This document shows, in pieces, positions 38,576 through 49,193 of a stretch of 64,000 bases of DNA (within the stretch, counting starts at the first letter, position 1; every line of letters begins with the position of its first letter). Under the pieces are notes generated by a model, which worked only from the letters and a program-made list of their open reading frames with translations, did not search any database and was not told where the DNA came from. The translations under genes were made by a program, and so were the position numbers. Source of the stretch: Obrimoposthia wandeli (taxonomy: Eukaryota); the NCBI GenBank assembly GCA_977020255.1, contig CDROCS010000253.1, forward strand, positions 4,278,001 through 4,342,000, given 5' to 3'.

Positions 38576-38914
38576 CTATTTACCCTTAACATCTGTTTGG
38601 TCTTCACCCTGCTCAGGCACATAAACAAAACTACCATCAGCCATTTTATATGCCACGCCAGCACGCATACCTTCTCCAGAGCCAACCTCACCTGTAGACT
38701 TGTACTGTTTGATTTCTTTTCCTTTTTTAACAATAACTTCCATATTCGGTTTACCCGCATTTTTTATCACTGTGACATCATCACTGGAAAAGGTACTCAA
38801 TGGATTTTGCGCTAAGGCGATTAATAACGCGGCAATAATAACTAAGAAAACATCGACCAAGTTAACAGCGCTCACAATGGGGTTTAACTCTTCATCTTCA
38901 TCAAGAAAACGCAT
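38576..38914 (-). CDS. DUF2149-family protein
   Basis: NPIVSAVNLVDVFLV, KNAGKPNMEVIVKKG, GVAYKMADGSFVYVPE. Confidence 0.85.
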   Translation of the reverse strand: MRFLDEDEELNPIVSAVNLVDVFLVIIAALLIALAQNPLSTFSSDDVTVIKNAGKPNMEVIVKKGKEIKQYKSTGEVGSGEGMRAGVAYKMADGSFVYVPEQGEDQTDVKGK

Positions 38915-39453
38915 TATGCTTGACCATTTATTTTACGGATATTTATCAGCTCTACCGCGCACCAACGTTTTTTTACTGATGCAGGCCAAAACGTTATCGA
39001 TGAAATAACTAAGCCCCAAATAACGGCAGCAAAAGCAATAATCAGATTTTCACTAATGCCTTGAATATTACCGTCAGCCAGTGCTTGTAAAGCAGGTCCC
39101 ATAGGTATCATGGTTGCTATCAAACCAAGCATGGGTGCTATACGTGTCACTATGCGTAAGTTTTCTAATTGCTTTAACGCAACCACTTCTAACTCATCAT
39201 TGCTGGCGGTAGGGTTTTGAATAAAATAATTATGAATTGGGTAACCATTGTGCGTGGTTATTTTTTCACTGTTTGCCGTCGTTATTTGACGGGTATAAGT
39301 AAGTTGGTTTTGTTTACGTACTAGGTACTGAGAAAAAAAGCGTCCCAAGGCATAAATGGCATAAACCACTAACCCACAAATTAAAACAATAATTGGCGCC
39401 ATCAACAGTTTTGATGCCTGCGCCATGGTTACTTCTAAAAATTGAATATTCAC
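38914..39453 (-). CDS. MotA/TolQ/ExbB proton-channel family protein
   Basis: TRIAPMLGLIATMIPMGPAL..L..GN...LIIAF; coupled to DUF2149. Confidence 0.88.
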   Translation of the reverse strand: MNIQFLEVTMAQASKLLMAPIIVLICGLVVYAIYALGRFFSQYLVRKQNQLTYTRQITTANSEKITTHNGYPIHNYFIQNPTASNDELEVVALKQLENLRIVTRIAPMLGLIATMIPMGPALQALADGNIQGISENLIIAFAAVIWGLVISSITFWPASVKKRWCAVELINIRKINGQA

Positions 39454-39513
39454 TGTGCTAATTTCCTCTTTAAATTAAACAACAGAATTGTACATTCTCC
39501 TTAAAACCATTAC

Positions 39514-39534
39514 AAATACTAATTATTCTCATTT
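39514..39534. promoter_or_regulatory. Fur box in the divergent promoter
   Basis: Minus strand AAATGAGAATAATTAGTATTT, close to the AAATGATAATNATTATCATTT consensus. Confidence 0.7.
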
Positions 39535-39697
39535 AGATTTACATTTTAATTTATGTTCTGTATGGTAAAAAAGAAACCAACCAAAGGTGTTTATTTTTTA
39601 TACTAAACAACTAAGCACTTAATTAGAAACGGCTTTTATTAAAAGCAAATATTTACTTGGTACCTTGGCGTATCACTCTTTTTTATAGGAATTAAAA

Positions 39698-41881
39698 ATG
39701 TTTATGTACAAGCGCGCTCTCCTCGCTAGCGCCATTTCAACTGCCCTTTTGATTGCACCGTCTAGTCACGGTGAAGATAATCTTGATGACACAGTGAACA
39801 CTGACTTTGAAGTGATTGTCATTAGTGGCACTAAGACTGAAAAGCCTTTAAAAGATGTTGCGGGCAGCATCTCGGTAATCACGGAACAAGATATTGAAAA
39901 GCAATTAGTAACAGATATGAGCCAGTTATTTAAATATGATCCGAGTGTACAAGTAAGCGGTAACACTGGCGGCGCGCAAAATATTATTGTTCGCGGTATG
40001 GGCGGTGATCGTGTGCTGATGATCAAAGACGGCATGCGCATGAACGAAGGTTATGGCGCTAATGGTTTAAATGACATTGTTGGCCGTGGTTTTATTGAAA
40101 CAGACACATTAAAACAAGTTGAAGTCGCTAAAGGTGCATCCTCTTCACTTTATGGCTCAGATGCCTTAGGTGGCATTATTGTATTTACTACAAAAAATGC
40201 TTCAGACTACTTATTAGACGGTGAAACTTTTGCAGGTAATGTTAAGTTAGGTTATACCGACGACGGCAAACAAAGCAATGTTGGCACTACTTTAGCTCTA
40301 GCCACGAGTAACTTCGAGCAGTTACTCAACTTGAACTACCGTGATGGTGAAGAACAGCAAAACTATGCCAGCACTAAACCTGCTCTTGCCATTGAGTCGA
40401 CCAGTATTTTTTATAAAGCAAACTACAATTTCAATGAAGATAGCTACCTTAGTTTTACTACTGACATCTGGAGTCAAGATGTTAGCGGTGATAGCGCCTA
40501 TGGCCTGTTAGATTATTTTAGAAAGCTCGATGGCTACAAAATATTAACTGAAAGTAGCCAGGGTGAAAAAGATAATAAGGCATTCCAATTACGCTTTCAT
40601 AGTGAATCAAAAACAGCATTGTACGACCTACTCAATGTATCACTTTATGCCAATAGTACTGAGCAAGAAGATATTGAATATGGTCAGTTAGACATTAATG
40701 CCAACTTCGGTTACCCCGTTATTGAAATTCGCGATATGTCGAAAACAGCTGTTTATAAACAAGATACACAAGGGTTTTTATCAAACGCCAGTTTAGTGCT
40801 TAATGACAACCACACTATTGGTTATGGTGTAGATATTGAAAAATCAGAATCTAGTCGCACAGAAATAAAGCTTTATTCCGTTGAAGGTACGCCTAAAAAA
40901 GGCTATCCACAGGCAAGTAAAAAGTTCCCGAAAACAGACGTTTTTCGCGCGGGAGTTTTTATCAATGATGAAATTTCGTTATTAAATGACACATTAATAA
41001 TTACCCCAGGAGCGCGTTTTGATATTTATGAAATGCAAGCAAATGGCGCAACCAAAGAAAGTGGTGACCCGTACCAATCGTTTGATGAAGAGCATGTTTC
41101 ATTAAATATCGGCGCGTTATATAAATTTACCGAAACCATTGCTGGTTTTGCTCAATATGGTCAGGGCTTTAAAGTGCCCGCTTATGATTTAGCCTACATT
41201 GAGCATGATAACTCGTTATATGGTTATAAAATTGTACCCAGTGATGACTTAGCACCAGAAGAAAGTGATAGTTTTGAAATTGGCTTACGTGGTCATAGCG
41301 GTGACTTTTTCTTTTCAACGGCCATTTATTACAACACGTTTGATAATTTTTTAGCAACTGAACTCATTGATATTGAAACAATAGTTAATCGCTATACAGG
41401 CGAAGATGCACAGGTATTAGTATACCAATATCAAAATATCGAGTCGGTTACCTTAAAAGGTATTGAAGCAGCCGTTCGTTATCATCTCAATGATAATTTT
41501 TCTGTGTTTGCCAATGCGGCCTATCAAGACGGTGAAAATGATGAAACGGGTGATTACTTAAGCAGTATTTCGCCACTGTCTGGCATTACAGGGGTTAGCT
41601 ACGAAGCAGATACACTTTCAGCTGAGTTAATTGTTAACTGGGCTGATCGCATGGACAAAGTAAATGAAGGTAAAGCTGAAATAGCCGGTTACGGTACTGT
41701 CGACTTTTTAGCAAGCTACCAGGTTAACGATGAGTTAAAGGTTAATCTAGCACTGAGTAACTTAACCGACAAAGAGTATGTTAACTATATTAATGGCGCA
41801 GGACACAAAGAGAAATCTACCCTAGCGAATGTTACCGAAGCAGGTAGAGGATTTTCAGTATCAATGCGTTATGACTTTTAA
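39698..41881 (+). CDS. TonB-dependent receptor, heme/hemoprotein type
   Basis: Signal peptide, TonB box EVIVISG, VEVAKGASSSLYGSDALGG, FKVP..H..DLAPE (FRAP/His/NPNL-like), terminal RYDF. Confidence 0.85.
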   Translation: MFMYKRALLASAISTALLIAPSSHGEDNLDDTVNTDFEVIVISGTKTEKPLKDVAGSISVITEQDIEKQLVTDMSQLFKYDPSVQVSGNTGGAQNIIVRGMGGDRVLMIKDGMRMNEGYGANGLNDIVGRGFIETDTLKQVEVAKGASSSLYGSDALGGIIVFTTKNASDYLLDGETFAGNVKLGYTDDGKQSNVGTTLALATSNFEQLLNLNYRDGEEQQNYASTKPALAIESTSIFYKANYNFNEDSYLSFTTDIWSQDVSGDSAYGLLDYFRKLDGYKILTESSQGEKDNKAFQLRFHSESKTALYDLLNVSLYANSTEQEDIEYGQLDINANFGYPVIEIRDMSKTAVYKQDTQGFLSNASLVLNDNHTIGYGVDIEKSESSRTEIKLYSVEGTPKKGYPQASKKFPKTDVFRAGVFINDEISLLNDTLIITPGARFDIYEMQANGATKESGDPYQSFDEEHVSLNIGALYKFTETIAGFAQYGQGFKVPAYDLAYIEHDNSLYGYKIVPSDDLAPEESDSFEIGLRGHSGDFFFSTAIYYNTFDNFLATELIDIETIVNRYTGEDAQVLVYQYQNIESVTLKGIEAAVRYHLNDNFSVFANAAYQDGENDETGDYLSSISPLSGITGVSYEADTLSAELIVNWADRMDKVNEGKAEIAGYGTVDFLASYQVNDELKVNLALSNLTDKEYVNYINGAGHKEKSTLANVTEAGRGFSVSMRYDF

Positions 41882-41928
41882 ACATTTTAATCGCTTAATT
41901 ATAAGCGCACTGTAGCTTAGCATTCGTT

Positions 41929-41956
41929 ACGTAAATGGTCTTAAGACCATTTACGT
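41929..41956. repeat. Perfect 28-bp palindrome (REP-like or terminator)
   Basis: ACGTAAATGGTCTT|AAGACCATTTACGT. Confidence 0.6.
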
Positions 41957-42262
41957 TCAACTCAAAAGTAGTGTTGGGAGGTTGTTACCGTGTGTTTCAT
42001 CAATACATGAAATATCCCGCCCAATAATAAGTACACGCCGTGAATATACCTTCCCTCTAGTTATCGAGTATGAATAAAATAATTTATTATTAATATTACC
42101 TTGCGATTAAAGCTAAAAAAGATAAAATTATTCATTCGCTTAATAACCGCTATCCCCCTTAATTTTTTCAATCGCTTAGGGGAATAAATACCGACAATAA
42201 TAAAGCCGCTCAAGTTGAATTTATCAGACTCAGCGGTTTTAAATTAAAATAGAGAATCGAAA

Positions 42263-43141
42263 ATGTCCGATATCAAACCAGTATCGCAAACCCACGTTAT
42301 CACCGCAAGCTGCCCTAGCCAACCTGGTACGGTTGATGTGGTTACCCGTTTTTTGTTTGAACAAGGCTTTTATATTAATGAAATTCATTCGTTCGATGAT
42401 ACCGATGAACAGCGTTTTTTCATCCGTATTGAGTTTAGAGCTGATACAGCAACAGACTTTATCCGAGAAGATTTTTGCCAACAATTTGGACAACGAGCTA
42501 GTGAATTTGAAATGCAGTGGGAACTGGCATCGAGCCCTTATAAATCAAAAGTAGTGATCATGGTATCGAAGCACGATCATTGTCTTAACGATTTATTATA
42601 CCGTTATCGTACTGGTGATCTTAATATTGAAATTCCAGCAATCATCTCTAACCATCCAGATTTAGAAGAACTGGCCAAATGGCATGATATTCCTTATTAC
42701 CATCTCCCTATTACTAAGGAAACCAAACCAGAACAAGAAGCGAAAGTTTATCAAATTATTCAAGACTGTGAAGCCGATTTAGTGGTATTAGCACGTTACA
42801 TGCAAGTACTATCGAGTGAAATGTGTAAAAAGCTTTCTGGTAAAGCTATTAATATTCACCATTCATTATTACCAGGTTTTAAGGGCGCTAGACCTTATTA
42901 TCAAGCCTATGATCGTGGTATTAAGTTAGTGGGCGCGACAGCACATTATGTCAGTGATGATCTCGATGAGGGACCCATCATTAGCCAAGGTGTTGAGACG
43001 GTTGACCACAGCTATTACCCGCAAGATTTAGCGGCTAAAGGACGTGATATCGAATGCTTAACTTTGTCTCGCGCGGTGCGTTGTCATATTGAGCATCGAA
43101 TTTTCTTACATGGTAAAAAATCCGTTGTATTTTCTAAGTAA
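42263..43141 (+). CDS. purU: Formyltetrahydrofolate deformylase
   Basis: ACT domain, MVSKHDHCLNDLL, VVLARYMQVLS, INIHHSLLPGFKGARPY, LDEGPII. Confidence 0.95.
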   Translation: MSDIKPVSQTHVITASCPSQPGTVDVVTRFLFEQGFYINEIHSFDDTDEQRFFIRIEFRADTATDFIREDFCQQFGQRASEFEMQWELASSPYKSKVVIMVSKHDHCLNDLLYRYRTGDLNIEIPAIISNHPDLEELAKWHDIPYYHLPITKETKPEQEAKVYQIIQDCEADLVVLARYMQVLSSEMCKKLSGKAINIHHSLLPGFKGARPYYQAYDRGIKLVGATAHYVSDDLDEGPIISQGVETVDHSYYPQDLAAKGRDIECLTLSRAVRCHIEHRIFLHGKKSVVFSK

Positions 43142-43158
43142 CCTATTCATTACGTAAT

Positions 43159-43191
43159 AAAAAAGGTTACTTTTAAAAAGTAACCTTTTTT
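43159..43191. terminator. Bidirectional terminator (purU / thyA)
   Basis: AAAAAAGGTTACTTTT-a-AAAAGTAACCTTTTTT. Confidence 0.8.
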
Positions 43192-43218
43192 GTCAACCGC
43201 TAAAAACGTTCTGAATAA

Positions 43219-44070
43219 TTACACTGCAAAGGGGTATTTAATTGCTTCGTGGTATTCATAACCTTCAACTGTAAAATCATCCATTGTTACCCAAGTTTCA
43301 AGATCTTCTAACGATTTGATTTCAGGATTAATAATAAGCTTTGGTAACGCTAGTGGCTCACGTTTAAGTTGAACCTCTTGCATTAAGGGTAACTGATCTT
43401 CATAAATGTGTGCATTCACTATTTTATGATATGCCATCCCTGGTTTCTTACCGGTAATTTGCGCCATTAACGCTAAGAAGGCAAAAACTTGCACCTGGTT
43501 AAAGTTAAGCCCTAGCGGAACATCGCATGAACGTTGAAAACTTGTTAAGTGTAAGGTATCGCCCAATAAAGAGAAGTTATGCGTATGCATGCAAGGTCTT
43601 AAACAGCCCATGTGAAACTCACCCGGATTGTAAAATGTCATAATCTCAGCGCGATCATCAATACCATTTTTAAGGTTATCAACTATCTTTTTCAACTGGT
43701 CAATAGTGCCGCCATCTGGCTTAGCCCATGCACGAGCTTGAACCCCGTATACTCGACCCATATCATCTTCACCTTTACGGTGAGTGTTATTAAGCCAAGC
43801 ATCATTTAAGTTGGCATTAGCATCCCACGTTTTAGTGCCTAATTTTCGAAAATCAGCAGCATTATCATAACCACGAATATAACCAATAAACTCAGCAATG
43901 GCTGACTTAAAAAAGCTTTTACGGGTGGTTATTAAGGGGAATTCGTTCGCACCGACATTGTATTGTAAATCAGCATTAATCACGGTTAAACAACGTTTAC
44001 CTGTACGTTCGTTTTCAACCCAAGTGCCTTGATCAATAATTCGTTGACATAAATCTAAATAAGCGCGCAT
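43219..44070 (-). CDS. thyA: Thymidylate synthase
   Basis: [45 protein letters not shown]. Confidence 0.96.
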   Translation of the reverse strand: MRAYLDLCQRIIDQGTWVENERTGKRCLTVINADLQYNVGANEFPLITTRKSFFKSAIAEFIGYIRGYDNAADFRKLGTKTWDANANLNDAWLNNTHRKGEDDMGRVYGVQARAWAKPDGGTIDQLKKIVDNLKNGIDDRAEIMTFYNPGEFHMGCLRPCMHTHNFSLLGDTLHLTSFQRSCDVPLGLNFNQVQVFAFLALMAQITGKKPGMAYHKIVNAHIYEDQLPLMQEVQLKREPLALPKLIINPEIKSLEDLETWVTMDDFTVEGYEYHEAIKYPFAV

Positions 44071-44924
44071 TAACTATTACCTTTTACTGATTTTTTATTA
44101 GCAGCTGAACTACCTTGAGCAATGGCTGATTTTTGTTGTGATAAATAACCTAAATATATAATAAGTATGCCCGCTAAAATCATAGGAATACTTAAAATTT
44201 GTCCTTTAGAAATAAAGGAGAAATACAAACCAAGGTGCGCGTCAGGCTCACGAAAGAATTCAATAATACTTCTAAATACACCGTATCCAATTAAGAAAAC
44301 ACCCGATGCTAGCCCTAGACTGCGTGTTTTACGGCTAATGATATATAAGATAGCGAAGAGCACTACCCCTTCTAAAGCAAATTCATATAACTGCGACGGG
44401 TGACGTGGTACTTGTAATGGGTCGGTTGGGAAAACCATTGCCCAAGGAACATCAGTTTGACGTCCCCAAAGTTCGGCATTAATAAAGTTACCTAAACGGC
44501 CCATTCCTAAACCAATAGGCACTAAAGGCACAACAAAATCGCCCACCACTAAAAAGGATTTATTGGTTTTACGGGCAAAAATAAAGACCGCGAGAATGAC
44601 GCCTAATAAGCCGCCGTGAAATGACATACCACCTTGCCATATTTCAAATAAATAGAGCGGGTCTGATAAGAAGTACTCGAATTGGTAAAATAGTACATAA
44701 CCAATACGGCCACCTAAAATTACCCCTAAGAACCCATAAAACAATAAGTCGCTTACTTGATCACGCGTCCATAAACCGTTACTTCTATCAGCAGCCTTGT
44801 TTGCCATAAACATAGCCGCAAGAAAGCCAATAAGGTACATGGTGCCATACCAACGTAATGATACCGGGCCAATGCTAAATATAATTGGGTCTATCACCGG
44901 AAATTGTAAAAACTTATCTGTCAT
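44070..44924 (-). CDS. lgt: Prolipoprotein diacylglyceryl transferase
   Basis: [45 protein letters not shown]. Confidence 0.96.
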   Translation of the reverse strand: MTDKFLQFPVIDPIIFSIGPVSLRWYGTMYLIGFLAAMFMANKAADRSNGLWTRDQVSDLLFYGFLGVILGGRIGYVLFYQFEYFLSDPLYLFEIWQGGMSFHGGLLGVILAVFIFARKTNKSFLVVGDFVVPLVPIGLGMGRLGNFINAELWGRQTDVPWAMVFPTDPLQVPRHPSQLYEFALEGVVLFAILYIISRKTRSLGLASGVFLIGYGVFRSIIEFFREPDAHLGLYFSFISKGQILSIPMILAGILIIYLGYLSQQKSAIAQGSSAANKKSVKGNS

Positions 44925-45090
44925 TGCTTATCCATCTCTAGAAAATAGAGGTTAAAGTAGAAAATTAAAAACTAAATATTATTATAAAATAATATATCTA
45001 AAATTTATCAATTAAATATAGTGGTAACACGAGATTTTTTATTGCGCAATATTATACGCTGTTATCTCTAAAAGTCTCATGAAAAATAAC

Positions 45091-45885
45091 TTAACCAAGC
45101 ATCATTTTGATAGCGACAAAAATAAGAAAAACAGCAAAGAACTTCTTCAAGGTTTTTACCGGTAATTTACTCGCATACTTAACACCTATTGGCGCAAATA
45201 TTGACGAACTCATCACAATACCTAATAAAGCGGGTAAATAAAGATAGCCTAAGCTCCAGTTAGGAAGATTGGGTAAATTAAATCCGGTAATAATGTAACC
45301 AAGGGAGCCAAACAGCGCAACCATTACACCACAAGCGGTTGCAATACCTATTGCGTGTCGAACTGGTACACCAAAAAAGCTCAATGAAGGTACTAGAATA
45401 GCCCCCCCTGCAATGCCCATTAAGCTTGAGATCACCCCGGTTATAAAGCTAAGTAATTGCAATACGTAAGTAGCGGGTAGCGATCTTTCTTTGGAGGCGT
45501 TTATAGAGAGCAACATATAACCGGCAAGCAAAATGACCACGATTGAGAAAAAATGCGTTAATGTTTCACTCGACAGTGAGTTAGCAATAAAAGCTCCGAC
45601 TAATGCGCCTACCGCAACTAAGATCATTAACTGCTTTGCTAACTGCCATGGGATATTCTTTTTTCGATGATGGGCAAATGCAGCACTCGTTGAGGTTATT
45701 ACAATCGCTCCTAAAGAAGTGCCTAGTGCCATAGGCATAACCACATCGCTACTAACGCCAACCATGGGAAGTAAATATACCAATGCGGGGACTATAATAA
45801 GACCGCCGCCAATGCCCAATAAACCCGCTAAAAAACCAACAACGCTACCTAAAACGATACAAGACACTAATACTGTTAAAATCAT
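45091..45885 (-). CDS. TauE/SafE (TSUP) family membrane protein
   Basis: GFLAGLLGIGGGLIIVP, ALGTSL, SSLMGIAGGAILVP, AIGIA. Confidence 0.88.
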   Translation of the reverse strand: MILTVLVSCIVLGSVVGFLAGLLGIGGGLIIVPALVYLLPMVGVSSDVVMPMALGTSLGAIVITSTSAAFAHHRKKNIPWQLAKQLMILVAVGALVGAFIANSLSSETLTHFFSIVVILLAGYMLLSINASKERSLPATYVLQLLSFITGVISSLMGIAGGAILVPSLSFFGVPVRHAIGIATACGVMVALFGSLGYIITGFNLPNLPNWSLGYLYLPALLGIVMSSSIFAPIGVKYASKLPVKTLKKFFAVFLIFVAIKMMLG

Positions 45886-45967
45886 TCTGCTTTGCGGAAA
45901 ATCCGCTCCTAAATATGGAATTAAAAACTATGTATATAGTTTATGGTTTATGGAATAAAGGCTAAAG

Positions 45968-48322
45968 CTAACAACCGGCCCGAATAAAACCACCAAGTCC
46001 CAATACTTCAAGTTGTTCATTAAGATAACTATGCACTTGTTTAGCCGTTGTTAAGGTTAATGTTTTATTTAAAATATTTTGCGCTTGTTCAAAAGTAATA
46101 TGACGAATAACCCACTTAATACGCGGAACGTTATGACCATTCATACTAATTTTGTCAAAGCCCATAGCCAATAATAAAATGGCCCCTGCAGGCTGTGAGG
46201 CAAGTTCACCACATAAACTAATGGGCGTTAAATATTGCGCAGATTGTTGTGCCATACTATGTAAAGCATTTAATACTGCGGGATGAAAAGCATCATATAA
46301 ATTAGCTACTTGGCTATTATTTCGATCTACTGCTAATAAATACTGTGTTAAATCATTGCTGCCAACAGAAAAGAAATCAACCCGTTTAGCCAAGGCTTCC
46401 ATTTGAAAAATAACAGAAGGTACTTCCAACATAATGCCAACTTTAGGTCGTACTAATTTGGCCGATACCGCCTGTGCTTTTAATTGGGCTTGTTGAAGCG
46501 TTAAGTGGCCATCGTTATTGCTAGCGGACATGAGTTCTGTCGTAATATCTTTGGTCAATTCGGCTTTAAGTTCAAAAAAAGCCTGATTAATTAATCTATT
46601 TGCTTCGTCAACTTCTTCAACACCTGAGATCATAGGCAACATGATCTCTAAGTTATTTAAGCCTTGATTTGCCCGTAACATAGCACGTACTTGTACCAGA
46701 AATATTTCAGGATGATCTAAGGTAATTCGTATGCCGCGCCAACCAAGAAAAGGGTTTTCTTCACTAATAGGGAAATAAGGTAATGATTTATCGCCGCCAA
46801 CATCTAAGGTACGCATGGTAACACCGTGTTTAGGAAAAACCTGTAACACCTTACGATATATTTGTGTTTGCTCTTGCTCTGATGGAAAACAATTACGGTT
46901 CATAAAAGGTATTTCAGTGCGGTATAAACCAATACCCAATGCGCCAAGTTTCGCAGTGTGCTCAAAGCCGGCTGATAATCCTGCATTAAGTAATACTTCA
47001 ATAGCTCTGCCGTCTTGAGTGATACAAGGTAACTGTGCTACTGCCATCACCTTATCGGTAAGGGCTTTTTCTTGGCTGATTAAATATTGATACTCTTGTA
47101 TTAACCCATCATCTGGATTAATAAATAATTCGCCACTATAACCATCAAGTATCGCCTGTTGCTGATGCAATTGGTCAAGTACTATTGCATTGACTCCCAT
47201 AATGGCTGGTAAGCCTAATGACCGCGCCAAAATGGCAGCGTGAGAGTTATTAGAGCCCGATAAAGAAATAATCCCTAACAGTCCTTGGTGCTGGTATTGA
47301 GCAACCATAGATGCAGTAATATCTTGTGCCAACAAGATAAATTCGGTTGGTAATTCCAGTTCTTCTTTCGCTTGTTGCTGAATATTCACCAACAAACGTG
47401 TGCCTAAATCTCGAATATCACTCGCGCGCTCACGAAAGTAGCTATCTTCAATCGCTTCAAATTGGCCAATATAATGCTCAATGACTAGTTTTAATGCACT
47501 ATCTGCGCGCCAGCCTTTTGATATTTTAGCGGTGACTTCTTGGCCTAAACTAGCTTGCTCTAACAATTGCTTATACACGTCAAAAATAGCTAAGCTGTCA
47601 TCATCAATAGATTCACTTAACTTACTACTTAAGATATTAAATTCTATACGTGTTTTTTCGACCGCTTGCTCGAAACGTAATAACTGCTTTTGGCTGTCTG
47701 GGGATTTTTTTAAGGAGACCGCTGCAAGATCAGCTTGCGGTTGGCAGACAATAATTTCACTTAAGGCTATGCCTGGAGCACCAGCAATACCATAGAGCTG
47801 CTTTACCCCCTGATTTTTTTTCTGATGGTGACTTAGCAAACTTTTAATTTCGGCATTAGCCAAGGCGCTGGCAAGTTGCGCTGAAAGTGTGACTAAAAAA
47901 GCTTCATCATTTTCAGTATAGTAGCGCGACTCTTTTTGCTGAATAGCCAAAATACCGAGTACTTTACGCTGATGAATAATAGGTGTGCCTAAAAAGGCAT
48001 TGAAATCATCTTCTTCAACTTCTGGTGCGTGAATATAGTCTTGATGCTGTTGAGCATCAGAAATATTTAACGGCTCTTCTCGTTGACCAACTAAACCGAC
48101 TAAGCCTTCGGAAAAACCAATACTGGTTTGTCCTACAGACACTTTAGCCAAGCCATCAGACGCCATTAATAAAAAATGTTGTTTGTGGTAATCAGCGAGA
48201 TAAATTGAACAACAATCTGTTTTCATCGCTTTTTTTACACTATATACCATACGTTCAAGCGCATTTTGCAGTTCAGCTTCTTGACTAAACTCTAATACTA
48301 TTCGACGCAAAGTAGTTAACAT
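45968..48322 (-). CDS. ptsP: PTS Enzyme I-Ntr (GAF + EI)
   Basis: N-terminal GAF; SNNSHAAILAR phospho-His; GLYRTE, RTLDVGGDK, ENPFLGWRGIR, GSNDLTQY, CGE. Confidence 0.95.
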   Translation of the reverse strand: MLTTLRRIVLEFSQEAELQNALERMVYSVKKAMKTDCCSIYLADYHKQHFLLMASDGLAKVSVGQTSIGFSEGLVGLVGQREEPLNISDAQQHQDYIHAPEVEEDDFNAFLGTPIIHQRKVLGILAIQQKESRYYTENDEAFLVTLSAQLASALANAEIKSLLSHHQKKNQGVKQLYGIAGAPGIALSEIIVCQPQADLAAVSLKKSPDSQKQLLRFEQAVEKTRIEFNILSSKLSESIDDDSLAIFDVYKQLLEQASLGQEVTAKISKGWRADSALKLVIEHYIGQFEAIEDSYFRERASDIRDLGTRLLVNIQQQAKEELELPTEFILLAQDITASMVAQYQHQGLLGIISLSGSNNSHAAILARSLGLPAIMGVNAIVLDQLHQQQAILDGYSGELFINPDDGLIQEYQYLISQEKALTDKVMAVAQLPCITQDGRAIEVLLNAGLSAGFEHTAKLGALGIGLYRTEIPFMNRNCFPSEQEQTQIYRKVLQVFPKHGVTMRTLDVGGDKSLPYFPISEENPFLGWRGIRITLDHPEIFLVQVRAMLRANQGLNNLEIMLPMISGVEEVDEANRLINQAFFELKAELTKDITTELMSASNNDGHLTLQQAQLKAQAVSAKLVRPKVGIMLEVPSVIFQMEALAKRVDFFSVGSNDLTQYLLAVDRNNSQVANLYDAFHPAVLNALHSMAQQSAQYLTPISLCGELASQPAGAILLLAMGFDKISMNGHNVPRIKWVIRHITFEQAQNILNKTLTLTTAKQVHSYLNEQLEVLGLGGFIRAGC

Positions 48323-48351
48323 TCAATTCCTTACCATAAAGGGAAATTTAT

Positions 48352-48382
48352 AAAAAAATAGCCCACAATAAAGTGGGCTATT
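48352..48382 (-). terminator. Hairpin with U-tract between rppH and ptsP
   Basis: AAAAAAATAGCCCAC-aataaa-GTGGGCTATT. Confidence 0.65.
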
Positions 48383-48403
48383 AGGATTATTAACGCGAAT
48401 CGA

Positions 48404-48646
48404 ATACCAAGTCCATTAATATATTTACCACTCAGCGAGGATTAAAAGGCTTACTAGGCAAGGCATTGATTACAGAGAATGGTTATTCCATTTTCAAAAT
48501 CAATAACGCTGCATATAAGCCTTTACCTTTTATTAGGTACTCGCCCTTTGGGAACTCGGTAGGAAAATGATAACAGCACAAATTTTATTTGTTCTAACTT
48601 CCCTAGCATAGTTCTGAGTTAGTTATATATTTAATGGAATTGGTAT
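48404..48646. mobile_element. MITE with ATACCAA(G/T)TCCATTAA terminal repeats, 243 bp
   Basis: ATACCAAGTCCATTAA ... TTAATGGAATTGGTAT (15/16); internal module shared with 24008-24075. Confidence 0.7.
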
Positions 48647-48677
48647 AAGTCATAGTAATAATTAAGTGTTATTGATA

Positions 48678-49193
48678 TTAAGCCCTACGTTTACGGCGAT
48701 CAGGTCGCCTTTCATACGTTAGCGGTAAAGCAAAATTAGCAAATTCTTTCATGACCATACGATAAACATCTCGTTTAAAAGACACAACCTGTCTGACTGG
48801 ATACCAATAACTTACCCATCGCCAATCATCAAATTCAGGATGTGAGCTATGGAGTAAATCAACTGATGACTCAGGTGCAGTAAGTTTTAATAAAAACCAC
48901 TTTTGCTTTTGACCAATACAAACAGGTTTAGAGTCATGCCTAATATAACGTTTTGGTAATCTATATTTTAACCAATGCTTAGTTGAAGCAACAATTTTCA
49001 CGTGTTCAGGTTTTAAACCAACTTCTTCATGTAGTTCTCGATACATGGTTTGTTCAGCCGTCTCACCTTCATCAACTCCACCTTGTGGATATTGCCATGA
49101 ATGTTGTCCGTACCGCCTTGCCCAAAATACTTGTCCCATGTCATTAATTATTACTATGCCGACGTTGGCGCGATAGCCTTCGGCATCGATCAC
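48678..49193 (-). CDS. rppH: RNA pyrophosphohydrolase
   Basis: GTG start at 49193 ([12 protein letters not shown]), [35 protein letters not shown]. Confidence 0.96.
   Translation of the reverse strand: MIDAEGYRANVGIVIINDMGQVFWARRYGQHSWQYPQGGVDEGETAEQTMYRELHEEVGLKPEHVKIVASTKHWLKYRLPKRYIRHDSKPVCIGQKQKWFLLKLTAPESSVDLLHSSHPEFDDWRWVSYWYPVRQVVSFKRDVYRMVMKEFANFALPLTYERRPDRRKRRA

Noticed and set aside
41975-42050. Possible RAYT transposase remnant on the minus strand (GGIFHV..GNN)
   Set aside because: Needs a frameshift and covers only about 12 residues; not supportable by eye
7948-49193. Three Nudix hydrolases (nudC, nudL, rppH) as a functional cluster
   Set aside because: Widely separated; nudL and rppH sit in their usual conserved contexts
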